Under the pieces are notes generated by a model, which saw only the letters and a list, made by a program, of their open reading frames with translations, was not told where the DNA came from and ran no database searches. Of a stretch of 64,000 bases of DNA, positions 23,708-35,123 are shown one piece after another. The position numbers and the translations under genes were made by a program. The DNA is from Leucoraja erinacea (lineage: Eukaryota), in the NCBI RefSeq assembly GCF_028641065.1, contig NC_073404.1, positions 3,844,001 to 3,908,000 of the forward strand, given 5' to 3'. Numbering within the stretch: position 1 is the stretch's first letter; every line of letters begins with the position of its first letter.

Positions 23708-25575
23708 AAACTTAGAAACATAGTAAATAGGTGCAGGATGAGGCAATTTGGCCCTTCAAGCCAGCACCGTAATTCATGGTGACCATGGCTGATCATCCAC
23801 AATCAGGAACCCGTGTCTGCCTTCTCCCCATATCATTTGATTCCATTAGCCCCTAGAGCTCTAACTATCTTTTAAATTTTTTTTTGAATTGGCCTCTACT
23901 TGCCTTCAGTGACAGAGAATTTCACAAATTGACAACTCTGGGTAAAAAGGTTTTTCTAATCTCAGTTTTAAATGGCCTCCCTTTATTCTTGGACTGTGGC
24001 CCCTGGTTCCGGACTCCCCCAACATTGAGAACATTTTTCCTGCATCTAGCTTGTCCAGTCCTTTTATAATTTTATACCTTTCTATAAGATACCCTCTCAT
24101 CCTTCTAAATTCCGGTGAATACAAGCCCAGTCTTTCCAATCATTCCTCATATGGCAGTCCCGCCATCCCGGGGATCAACCTCGTGAATCCACGCTGCACT
24201 GCCTCAATAGCAAGGATGTTCTTCCTCAAATTAGGACCAAAACTGCACACAAAACTCCAGATGTGGTTTCACCAGGGCCCTGTACAACTGCAGAAGGATC
24301 TCTTTACTCCTATACTCAAATCCTCTCGTTAGCTGGCAACTGTGGAGGCCTCAATGGGCCCGACTATGGGTGAACTGGGGTTGGGGACTGGACTTTGTGC
24401 CTTCCCTAATAATGGGAACCATTGTGGGGGGATGTTCTTTATGTTTAAAACTCTTATTAATGTTATGTCTGTATTCCTTCTGTATGTGCTGCAAAATGGC
24501 AAGAAGCATTTCACTTCACTACACCTAGGTGTATGTGAATGTGACCAATAAAATACCTTTGATACCTTAGCTTTCTTTACTGCCTGCTGTACCTACATGT
24601 TTACTCTCAGTGACTGGTGTACAAGGACACCCAGGTCTCGTTGCACGTCCCTTTTTCCTGATCTGACACCATTGAGATAATAATCTGCCTCCCTGTTCTT
24701 GCCGCCAAATGTGGATAACCTCACGTTTATCTACATTATACTGCATCTGCCATGCATCTGCCCACTCACTCAACCTGTCCAAATCACCCTGCAACCTCCT
24801 AGCATCATCTTCGCATTTCACACTGCCACCCAGCTTTGTGTCATCTGCAAATTTGCTAGTGTTACTTTTAATTCCATCATCTAAATCATTCATATATATT
24901 GTAAACAGTTGTGGCCCCAGCACCGAGCCTTGCGGAACTCCACTAGCTACTGCCTGCCATTCTGACAGGGACCAGTTTATTCCTACTCTTTGTTTCCTGT
25001 CTGCCAACCAATTCTCTATCCATGTCAATACCCTCCCCCCAATACCATATATCCTTCTTTATATTATTGGCCAGCTAACCCTCGTACTTCATCCGTTCAC
25101 CCCGTGTTGCCCTGTTTGGTACTTTCTGTTGTCCTTTGAAAGTTTCCCAATCCTCTGGCTTCCCGCCACTCGTTGCTGTGTTATACACCTATTCTTTGAG
25201 TTGCATTCTATCCCTAACTTCTCTTGTCAGCCACAGTTGCCTCTTACTCCCCAACGAATCTTTCTTCCCCTTTGGAATGAAGTGATCCTCTTTGGAATTA
25301 AATGATCCTGCATCTTCTGGTTATGCCCAGAAATTCCTGCCATTGCTGTTCCACCGTCATTCCTGCTAGGATCCTTTTCCAGTCGACCTTGGCCAGCTCC
25401 CCTCTCATGCCTTCATAGTCTCCTTTGTTCAACTGCAACACTGACACTTCCGATTTAACCTTCTCCCTCTCAAATTGCAGATTAAAACTTACCATAGTAT
25501 GGTCACTGCCTCCAAGCGGTTCCTTTACCTTGCGTTCCCTTTATTAAATCTGGTTCATTAGACAACACTAAATTC
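23708..25575 (-). mobile_element. CR1/HER1-like LINE, internally deleted, interrupted by an insert at ~24330-24567
   Basis: RT motifs SGVPQGSVLGPQLF and FADDTKLGG (ORF 24567-25028); upstream LNKGDYEGMRGELAKVDW. Confidence 0.88.
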
Positions 25576-26016
25576 AGAAGGAACTGCAGATGCTGGTTTA
25601 CACAGAAGATGGACATAAAATGCTGGAGTAACTCAGCAGGCCAGGCAGCATCGCTGGATAGAAGGAATGGGTGACGTTTTAGGGCAGAACCCTTCTTCAA
25701 ATTGGGTTGGGAGGTGTGTGGGGGGGGGGGGGGGGGGGGAGAAAGCCAGAACAAATACACTCAGACCATCATGGGCTACGGGATCACCTGGTTGCCGAAC
25801 ATTGTAACACTGACCTTTCTGTCCTGGGCCTCCTCCATTGTCTGAGCAATTCCACACAAATTGGACGAACAGCACCTTATATTTTGCTTGGGCAGCTTAC
25901 ACCCATGTTATGTAATTATTGATTTCTCTAATTTCTAGTAACTCCTGCATTCCCTCTGTTCCTCGCTCCCCCACCCTGTCTGTCGCACTAGTTCCTCTGT
26001 TCACATCACTGTATCA

Positions 26017-26540
26017 CAAGGACATCCTTGTGATTGAGGCAGTGCAGCGTAGGTTCACGAAAGTGATCCCTGGGATGGCAGGACTGTCATATGAGGAAAG
26101 ATTGAAAAAGACTGGGCTTGTATTCACTGGAGATTAGAAGGATGAGGGGGGATCTTATAGAAAGATATAAAATTATAAAAGGACTGGACAAGCTAGATAC
26201 AGGAAAAATGTTCCCAATGTTGGGCGAGTCCAGAACCAGGGGCCACAGTCTTAGAATAAAGGGGAGGCCATTTAAGACTGAGGTGAGAAAAAACTTCTTT
26301 ACCCAGAGAGTTGAGAGAATATGTGGAATTCCCTGCCACAGAGGGCAGTGGAGGCCAAATCACTGGATGGATTTAAGAGAGAGTTGGATAGAGCTCTAGG
26401 GGCTGGTGGAGTCAAGGGATATGGGGAGAAGGCAGGCACGGGTTATTGATTGGGAACGATCAGCCATGATCACAATGAATGGCGGTGCTGGCTCGAAGGG
26501 CCGAATGGCCTCCTCCTGCACCTATTTTCTATGTTTCTAT
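26017..26540 (+). mobile_element. CR1/HER1-like LINE 3' fragment
   Basis: [29 protein letters not shown]... followed by a tail. Confidence 0.88.
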
Positions 26541-26609
26541 CCCTTTGTTATCCCCCTCTTCCCCAGCCATTTTCGGCCCCATTTCCGTAACCGGCTTCCG
26601 TCTCTGCAC

Positions 26610-26911
26610 CAAAGATCCCGTAGCGGAGCAAAGATCCCGTGCGGAGACGGAAGCCGGTTACGGAAACATCCTCGTAAAAATAAAAGTTCTTTGGTAAAAA
26701 TCTTCTCCTCATTTTCAGAATTATAATTTATTAACACAAACTGTTTCCTCGCAACGTTGATTACACTGCGGGTCAGGTCGGGTCGGGTTGAGTCGGGTCA
26801 GGTTACTGAAATGGATGGATAAAAAGGCCCACGTTCCGCTCCGTTGCGTACTACACATCAGCCCATTGCATTTAGAAGGAGTGGTCTATCTTGCTCCGCT
26901 ATAGGATCTTT
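26610..26911. mobile_element. MITE, probably hAT
   Basis: TIR caaagatcccgtagcggagcaa / ttgctccgctataggatctttg with imperfect 8-bp flanks ctctgcac/gtctgaac. Confidence 0.65.
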
Positions 26912-29900
26912 GGTCTGAACATATTGATTGCAGTTGCTAAGTTGGAGGGTAGGGAGCCATTATCAGAAGGCAATGGTAATACAGTGGCTTATCTCAGCCA
27001 AACCTCCAAAACCAATGATGGACACTAATTGCTGGAGTAACTCAGTGCCTGCATGGTCAGCATGGGGTTTGTGGGCCGAAGGGACTGTTCCTGTGCTGTT
27101 CTGTGATAGACACAAGGTGCTGGAACGTCACCCATTCCTTCTCTCCAGAGATACTGCCTGTCCCGCTGAGCTACAACGGCATTTTGTGTCCACCTTTCGA
27201 TTTAGCCCAGCATCTGCAGTTCTTTCCTACACATTTAATCATGAATTTGTCTATCACTGCCTCAAAAATATCCGCTGACTTGGCCTCCACAGCCCTCTGG
27301 GCAATGAGTTCCACAGATTCACCACCCTCTGACTAAAGAAGTTCCTCCTCACCACCTTTCGAAAAGAGTGCCCTTTAATTCTGGACTTTCGGGTTGTGAC
27401 CTTTCTTCAGAGCAGGAAGAAGGTGAACGTGAAGATGATAAGGGCAATAAGTGATAGGAGTAGAATTAGGCCATTCGGCCCATCGAGTCTACTCTGCCAT
27501 TCTGAAGAAGTGTTTTGGCCTGAAACGTCGCCTATTTCCTTCGCTCCACAGATGCTGCTGCACCCGCTGTGTTTCTCCAGCACTTTTGTCTACTTCCGCC
27601 ATTCCAATCGTGGCTGATCTAACTCTCCCTCCTAGCTACATTCTCCCGCCTTCTCCCCATAACCTCTGACACCCGTACTAATCAAGAAATGATCATCTGA
27701 TGACCTGGTACAATCCTCTCACTCCGAATGTTCGGAGATGAACCCTGCTGACCACTCTGGTGATGAATGTTTTAGGGGAAATCTGCAAAGCAATGCTGTG
27801 GCCCAAGGCTGAAGGTGGCAGATTTCTCCTTTGCACAACGAACACATTAAGCGGACGGACTAGCGAGACACAAGGCTGGTTGGTCCTCGTTAATTGGCAG
27901 TGTGGACGACTACGGCAGCTGAAAGGTTACAGCGCAAGGTTGAGGCTCATGCTACATCTGCTGGGATTGAGGGGAGGGGGCTGTACCTCCAGCCGGTGAG
28001 AGAGCGAGGGAGGGAGGGAGGGACGGGAACGCGGGCAGCCTCCCCCCCCGGAGCTTCTCGGAGATGGCTCGCCATTCGAGACGCTTCAAGATCCATCCCA
28101 TCGTAGCCCATCTCCAGACTCCGAGAAGGAAATCCATGCAGTCCCAAGTTCCCAAAAAGAAAACGTGGATCCCAGAAGGTTACAAGAAAGCCAAGGGAAG
28201 CTATCGGAAAGATTAATGGTGACCCAGGCCACACATCCAATGCTTATCTTCTACTTATGCATCTTGCAAGGTGCCTATGCCGATGGATCAACACGCCTCC
28301 AACGATGGTGCTGAGATGGTTTTCGCTCTGCAGGTGAAGGGCCAGGGCAACTGGAACCCCTCAGACAAGGGCACCTCTGAGGCCCGTCGTCCCGACCATC
28401 TCCCTCCACCCTGGGGTGCCTCAGATACGGGAGGGGTGGGTGCGGCGTACGATGTGGGTGGGGGTGGGGCGCTTGAGTGTCTGTGCCGGCTTCAGTTACA
28501 TCTGCGGTGAAGGGTAAGGTCCCAGCATCTGCGACAAGAACAAAGAACACATTTTTCAGTCCAAACCAGCCCCATATGACTGCTCGACACAGGAGAGTCG
28601 AGAGGCCAATGCCCATTTAGTTTAGTTTAGAAAAACAGCATAGAATATTGACCACGCACGCAATGCTCTGCCTTCTCCGGCTTCAGCTGGGGATAGAGCA
28701 TCACATCTTCCAAGTGAGTCTGGATTCCTTCTCATGTGGACCTTATCTACAGCATCATGCCCTTGCAGCATCGAATAAATGGATCCCTGACTGATGATCT
28801 TGTTGCCTGCCCATTATACCAGAGGTTTTGTGTACACACTGTTTGCCAACACCACCTTGCCCTTCACTCACCCACGTAAACCTCAGAACAGTACGGCACA
28901 GGGACAGGCCCTTCGGCCCACAATGTCTGTGCCCATGCCAAGACCAGCCATATCTGCCTGCATATGCCCCATATCCCTTAATTCCCTGCATATCCATAAC
29001 CTCAACCCTTGAAAATGCCACCAGTGTCTCTACCTCCACCACCACTCCCAGCAACGCGCTCCTGGCACCCACACCTCTGCATTAAACACGCCCTGCACAT
29101 CGCATTTAAACTTCACCTTCAAGCTGCGTATTTGCCCTCCTGGTTCTGAGTGTCTACCTAGCTACTCCTTTGCACAACGAACACATTAAGCGGACGGACT
29201 AGCGAGACACAAGGCTGGTTGGTCCTCGTTAATTGGCAGTATGGACGACTACGGCAGCTGAAAGGTTACAGCGCAAGGTTGAGGCTCATGCTACATCCGC
29301 TGGGATTGAGGGGAGGGGGCTGTACCTCCAGCCGGTGAGAGAGCGAGGGAGGGAGGGACGGACGGGAACGCTGGCAGCCTTGTCATGATTTATCTACACC
29401 CTCGTAGCGGCACCTGCTGGCGCACGCAGGTATCGAACCCACCGTTCGGAAGCCGCGGTCACGTGACTCGGGATGGGGCTGCTGTTTTCCGCGCGGTTTC
29501 GCTTTCGAGCGGCAGTTCAGTGCTGACCACCGTTGTGGCTGGACGTGTTGTGAGAACCATATAACAATTTACAGCACGGAAACAGGCCATCTCGACCCTT
29601 CTAGTCCGTGCTGAACACGTATTCTCCCCTAGTCCCATATACCTGCGCTCAGACCATAACCCTCCATACCTTTCCCATCCATATAACTATCCAATTTATT
29701 TTTAAATGATAAAAACGAACCTGCCTCCACCACCTTCACTGGAAGCTCATTCCACACAGCCACCACCTGTGAGCTAAGAAGCTATTTTCAGAATGAAATA
29801 AGTTACAAAACTTAGTTGTCGTTCTTGCCACTGCCAAAACCCTACCTAGACGTCTCATTTTACCAACACTCCCCCTCCAACCTCTGCTGCCCCAGAGAAA

Positions 29901-30164
29901 ACAATCCAAGTCTGTCCAACCTCCCCCTATAGGTTCAAGAAGGAACTGCAGATGCTGGAAAATCGAAGGTAGACAAAAGTGCTGGAGAAACTCAGCGGGT
30001 GCAGCAGCATCTACGGAGCGAAGGAAATAGGCAACGTTTCGGCCCGAAACCCTTCTTCAGACTGATGGAGGGTGGGGGGGGGGGGCTCTAACTCTAACTC
30101 TTTATCGCTCTATCTTGTGTTACCACTTTCATGGAGATATGGTTCTGGACCCCAAGATTCAATT

Positions 30165-30865
30165 AGACAATAGACAATAGACAATAGGTGCAGGAGTAGG
30201 CCATTCGGCCCTTCCAGTCAGCACCGCCATTCAATGTGATCATGGCTGATCATCCCCAATCAGTACGCCGTTCCTGCCTACTCCCCATATCCCCCTGACT
30301 CCGCTATCTTTAAGAGCCCTATCTAACTCTATCTTGAAAGCATCCAGAGAACCGGCCTCCACCGCCCTCTGGGGCAGAGAATTCCACAGACTCACAACTC
30401 TCTGTGAGAAAAAGTGTTTCCTCGTCTCCGTTCTAAATGGCTTACTCCTTATTCTTAAACTGTGGCCCCTGGTTCTGGACTCCCCCAACATCAGGAACAT
30501 GTTTCCCGCCTCTAGCATGTCCAAACCATTAACAATCTTATATGTTTCAATAGGATTCCCTCTCATCCTTCTAAACTCCAGCGTGTACAAGCCCAGCCGC
30601 TCCATTCTCTCAGCATATGACAGTCCCGCCATCCTAGGAATTCACCTCGTGAACCTACGCTGCACTCCCTCTATAACAAGAATGTCCTTCCTTAAATTAG
30701 GGGACCAAAACTGCACACAATACTCCAGGTGTATTCTCACTAGGGCTCTGTACAACTGCAGAAGGACCTCTTTGCTCCTCTGCTCGACTCCTCCTGTTAT
30801 AAAGGCCAACATGCCATTCGCTTTCTTTACTGCCTGCTGTGCCTGCATGCTTACTTTCATAGACT
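30165..30865 (-). mobile_element. CR1/HER1-like LINE 3' fragment
   Basis: [14 protein letters not shown]...[11 protein letters not shown], with a (agacaat)n tail on the plus strand. Confidence 0.9.
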
Positions 30866-31809
30866 GTTTCCTGTCCATATTCATAAAGCACACTGTTCTT
30901 GAGTTTATTGCGGACATGTCCTAGTCCTTGAATTAAGTTGGAGCCTCCCAAACTTTGAATTAATTATCCAATGAATTGTCAGCACATTCCTGAGGGAATG
31001 GGAAAGGGAGTTAAACTGGTTAACAACCGGGAGATCCAGCAGGCCTTGGTGGACCGAGCGCAAGTGTTCAGCAAAATGGTCGCCCAGTCTACGCTTGGTC
31101 TCGCCGATATAAAGGAGACCACATTGGGACCAGCAGTAGATGACAACATCTTCCTGATCACCCGGTTGCTACCCACTCTCCTTTCCATTCCCATGCGAAC
31201 TTTGCTGCCCTGGGCAAGTCTAACCATTGCAGGACCTATACCGTGAATGGCAGTGCTCTGGCGAGTGTTGTACATTAGAGGGATCTAAGAGTGCAGGTAA
31301 AATGTGTCGGAAGGAACTGCCGATGCAGGTTTACATCAAAGAGAGACACTAAAGCTGGAGTAACTCAGCGGGTCAGTATGCATCTCTGGCCTGGGGCCTA
31401 CACAAACTCCCAGTTACCCAACACTTTAACTCCCCTTCCCATTCCCACATTGACCTTTCTGTCCTGGGCCTCCTCCATTGTCAGCGTGAGGCCCAGCGCA
31501 AATTAGAGGAACAGCGACCTCATACTTTGCTTGGGCAGCCTGCGGCCGAGGCTCTGGAACTCCGGCCCGGCCGGAGCCGGCAGATCCGTTCCCATAGCCG
31601 ACTTCCGAGGCCGACTTTGCGGACCGTTCGGCCCCTCGGCGGACCGTTCCAGACCCATTAGACTCCTCTCGGAGGCCGTGACCCCGGTTGGTCCGGCTAA
31701 ATGGGCAATCCGGAAAGGTTCTTCAACCAAGGGTGCTGGAAAATTGGTGGTGGAGCTACATGTCATACCGATAACAATAGCAAATAATAAAACAATGTAC
31801 CATACTCAC

Positions 31810-31886
31810 TGGGTTTGAGCTCTGCTGGAGTTTCTCAAATCGCAATTTCAAAGTATTTCTCGGAGAGGTTTTACACTTTGTTGAGT
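31810..31886 (-). CDS. RAP1GAP2: RAP1GAP2 penultimate coding exon
   Basis: tcacag/gtgagt; 77 nt, phase 1-0. Encodes DSTKCKTSPRNTLKLRFEKLQQSSNP (SPR..LK.RF.KL motif). Confidence 0.88.
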
Positions 31887-33391
31887 CTGTGACAGAAAGG
31901 AGGAGAACACAAAATATATAAATACACAGTAATAGTAACTTCGTGGCCACTAAACAAGGGCTGGCGCGGTGGCGCAGCGGTAGAGTTGCTGTCTGTACGG
32001 AGTTTGCACGTTCTCCCCGTGACCCGTGTGGGTTTTCTCCGGCTGCTCCGGTTTCCTCCCCCATCCCAAAGACAGACTGGCTTGTAGGTTAATTTGTTCG
32101 GTAAACTTGTAAATTGTCTTTGGTGAGAGTAGAATAATGTGCGGAAATCGACAGTCGGCGTGGATTCAGTGGGACAAAGGGCCTGTTTCTGTGCTGTATC
32201 TCTAAACTAAACTGTCAGTATATTATAGCCATGTCTAACATTTTAAATATTTTTACTTTTTATCTGTACTGTTGGAGGTGGGATTTGATACGTAGAAGGG
32301 GTGTGTCTATTTCTAGAGGAGACGAGCGCAGACTCATAGATTAGGAGTGTTGAGTCTTGGAAGGATGATGAGAATACAGTTTTTAGCCACTCAAACACAT
32401 GATCACGACACACACAATGAGACAACATACTTTTATAAGAAGAAACTTTCATATGATTTATATGACACAGTGATTAAGAAACAGAAAGTGGCGGATTATT
32501 TCTTTGCTACGTACTACTTCAATCAAAGACCAATTAATCTCGAAACAAAATTTGAATTTGAATTTTTTTTAATTTGAATTTTTTTAAATTTAAACAGGGA
32601 CAGTGCATATTGATGAACATTTCCATGTAAATATGTAAATTATAGCCAATAGCTAATTTCCATCTTTAGTTTTGGCAGCAAAAATAAACAATTATACAAG
32701 ACACACAACCAAACTCAATTCACACAAACATCCATCACAGTGAGTCTCTTCCTCACTGTGATGGAAGGCAAAGTCTTGTCTCTCCCCTGTTCTCCATCCT
32801 CTCCCGATGTTAAAGCCCCCGGCGGGCGATGGCAAGTCCCACAGCCGTTAAAGCCACGCCGGGCAATGTAAGGCCCCGCTCCGGTTCACCTTCAACCCCG
32901 CAACTCGGGCGGGAGAAGCTGCCGCCGCGGGAGTTCCAGAAAGTGGTCTCCTACTAGGGACCAGCGAGCTCCCGATGTTGCCGTCCACAGGCCTGCGGCT
33001 GGAGCTTCCGAAGCTCCGGAGTCGGGTCGCAACCGCGCGCCACCACATCTCCCCACGCTCCGAAGCCGGCCAGCTCCACGATGGTAAGTCCGCAGGCTCC
33101 GCCACTGGAGCCCCCAGGTCGTTCCAGCTGGAGGCCGCTCCACGGTGCTAGGCCCCAACGACAACGGAGACCCGACAGGGAAAAGGTCAGGTCCCCCGTA
33201 CAGGGAAGAGATTTAAAAGTCCCCCCCACCCCCCACATATACACAGTTAAAAAACAATATTAAAAAACCACAGCAAACGGGACAAAAATACAAAACATTT
33301 TACAGACGACCTGCAGGGGCCGCGCCATTACAGCGCCGCCATTTCCTTTCCTTGAAGGATTCCTTTGAAGGATTCGTTTTTACTATCTTAA

Positions 33392-33604
33392 AGGGCCTGT
33401 CCCACTTTCGCGACCTTTACAGATGACTCCTGGCGACCGCTCACAACCATAGGAGACCTCCCACAACCGTGGGTCGGGAGATGTCTCCAAAGAGCCGTAG
33501 CGTCTTTCTGGTCGCCGCTGAATTTTCAACGTGTTGAAAATTTCGGCAACCTATCACGGGTGCCTGCAGTCACCTGTAAAGGTGGCGTAAGTGGGACAGG
33601 CCCT
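33392..33604. mobile_element. MITE of the same family, TTAA-flanked
   Basis: ttaa|agggcctgtcccactt...aagtgggacaggccct|ttaa. Confidence 0.88.
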
Positions 33605-34164
33605 TTAAGTGTGTCGCTAGTGCGTAAAATAAACCTCCTAACCATCCCCGAGGAGTAATGGCTGTCGAAGTTGGACTTTGAGAACGTCGTAAAGGCTGCC
33701 ATTATAGGTTGGAAGGAACTGCAGACGCTGGTTTATATAGACACAAAATAATGGAGAGACTCAGCGGGTCAGGCAGCATCTCTGGAGGAAAGGAACGGGT
33801 GACGTCTCAGGTTGAGACCCTTCAGACTGAGGGTCAGGGGAGAGGGAAACTAGCGGTGTGTAAAGGTACAAAGAACAAATGAATGAAAAGTATGCAAAAA
33901 GGACAAATCAAAGCCAGCAACGGTGTTCGAGGAAATGTGGAGCCCACAATGGTCCATTGTTGGCTGTGGAAGGGGTGACAACAGGAGGATACGAACAGTG
34001 AAACACTGGATGACCTGATTTAAGATTCAAGATTCAAGAGATTCGAGGGATAATGGGCTATTTTACTTCGGAGTCACGTGAGTGACTACGTGAAGTCCCC
34101 GTCCAGTACGCATGCGTGTCATATCGTTTATCGGCCAGGAACATCGGGCCTCCGTAGAGGCATT

Positions 34165-34520
34165 TGCGGAGGCCACAATAGGCCTGATTTTGGGAGAACT
34201 GGGGATGGGGACTGGACATTGTGCCTTCCCCCACAGTGGTAACCATTGTGGGGGGATGATTTTTTGTGTGTAATGTGAATATGTTAGTTTGTGTCCAAGA
34301 TGGCTGTCGGAAGGGAGAGTGGACGCTAGCGCGGTTTAGCTGCCGCTGCTCTCTCTTCACATTGTGTTTTTGATTTTTTGTCTTTGGAGCGAATAATGTC
34401 TTTAATTTGTGTATTGGTGATGTCATTATTATTTATTTTACTCCGATTATATGTTTTTTCTCTCTTGTTAATTTCTGTAAGGTGTCCTTGAGACTTTGAA
34501 AGGCGCCCGCAAATAAAATA

Positions 34521-34590
<70 letters not shown>
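34165..34590 (+). mobile_element. Non-LTR-type insertion(s) nested in the DIRS element, ending in (ATT)n
   Basis: The 5' part resembles the insert at 24341-24450. The 3' end reads tgtaaggtgtccttgag...gaaaggcgc...aataaaat followed by a pure (ATT)n tail at ~34522-34590. Confidence 0.65.
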
Positions 34591-34851
34591 TTTATTGCAT
34601 TGCGTGATGACTGGCAGGCTGAATGTGAATCTCCTGCTAGCAACAGACCTGAGGTACGTTTTTAAAAATACTTTCAGGTTTTAAAATCTTCTTGCAGGAA
34701 CCTCTACTTAGAGGGCCTGCTAAAAGTCCGGGGCTAAGTCGGGACGGAGGGGAAACCCCAGTCTCGAACTTCAGGGAACTCCGGTCACGGGGAATCCCGC
34801 CCACGGACCTAGGCGCTCGTAACCGCGGAATGCGGGTAGCGAGCGGCGGTA

Positions 34852-35123
34852 AATTCACCTTTAAGCTGCTGGCAGTAAAACCAGCGGCTTCATATTGGTG
34901 GACAACCCGCTCCGGAGACCGCGGGACGCAGGCTGATTCGCCCTCGAGCCGCTGGCTGTGGAGCCAGCGGCTTCATATTGGTGCCGGGGACACCGGGGCA
35001 GCCGCTCCGGAGACCGCGGGAAAACGGGGAGCGGATAGCGGTGGATTCACCTTCGAGCCGCTGGCTGTGGAGCCAGCGGCTTCATATTGGTGCCGGGGAC
35101 ACCGGGGCAGCCGCTCCGGAGAC
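34852..35123 (+). repeat. Three imperfect ~80-110 bp GC-rich tandem units inside the DIRS ORF1 region
   Basis: The unit attcaccttcgagccgctggctgtggagccagcggcttcatattggtg...ccgctccggagac recurs at ~34852, ~34935 and ~35045. Confidence 0.8.

Noticed and set aside
34326-34643. Poly-Ile ORF
   Set aside because: Translation of the (ATT)n retroelement tail.
34852-35123. Repeat-spacer-like array
   Set aside because: Only three long imperfect units inside a retroelement in a vertebrate genome; not CRISPR.
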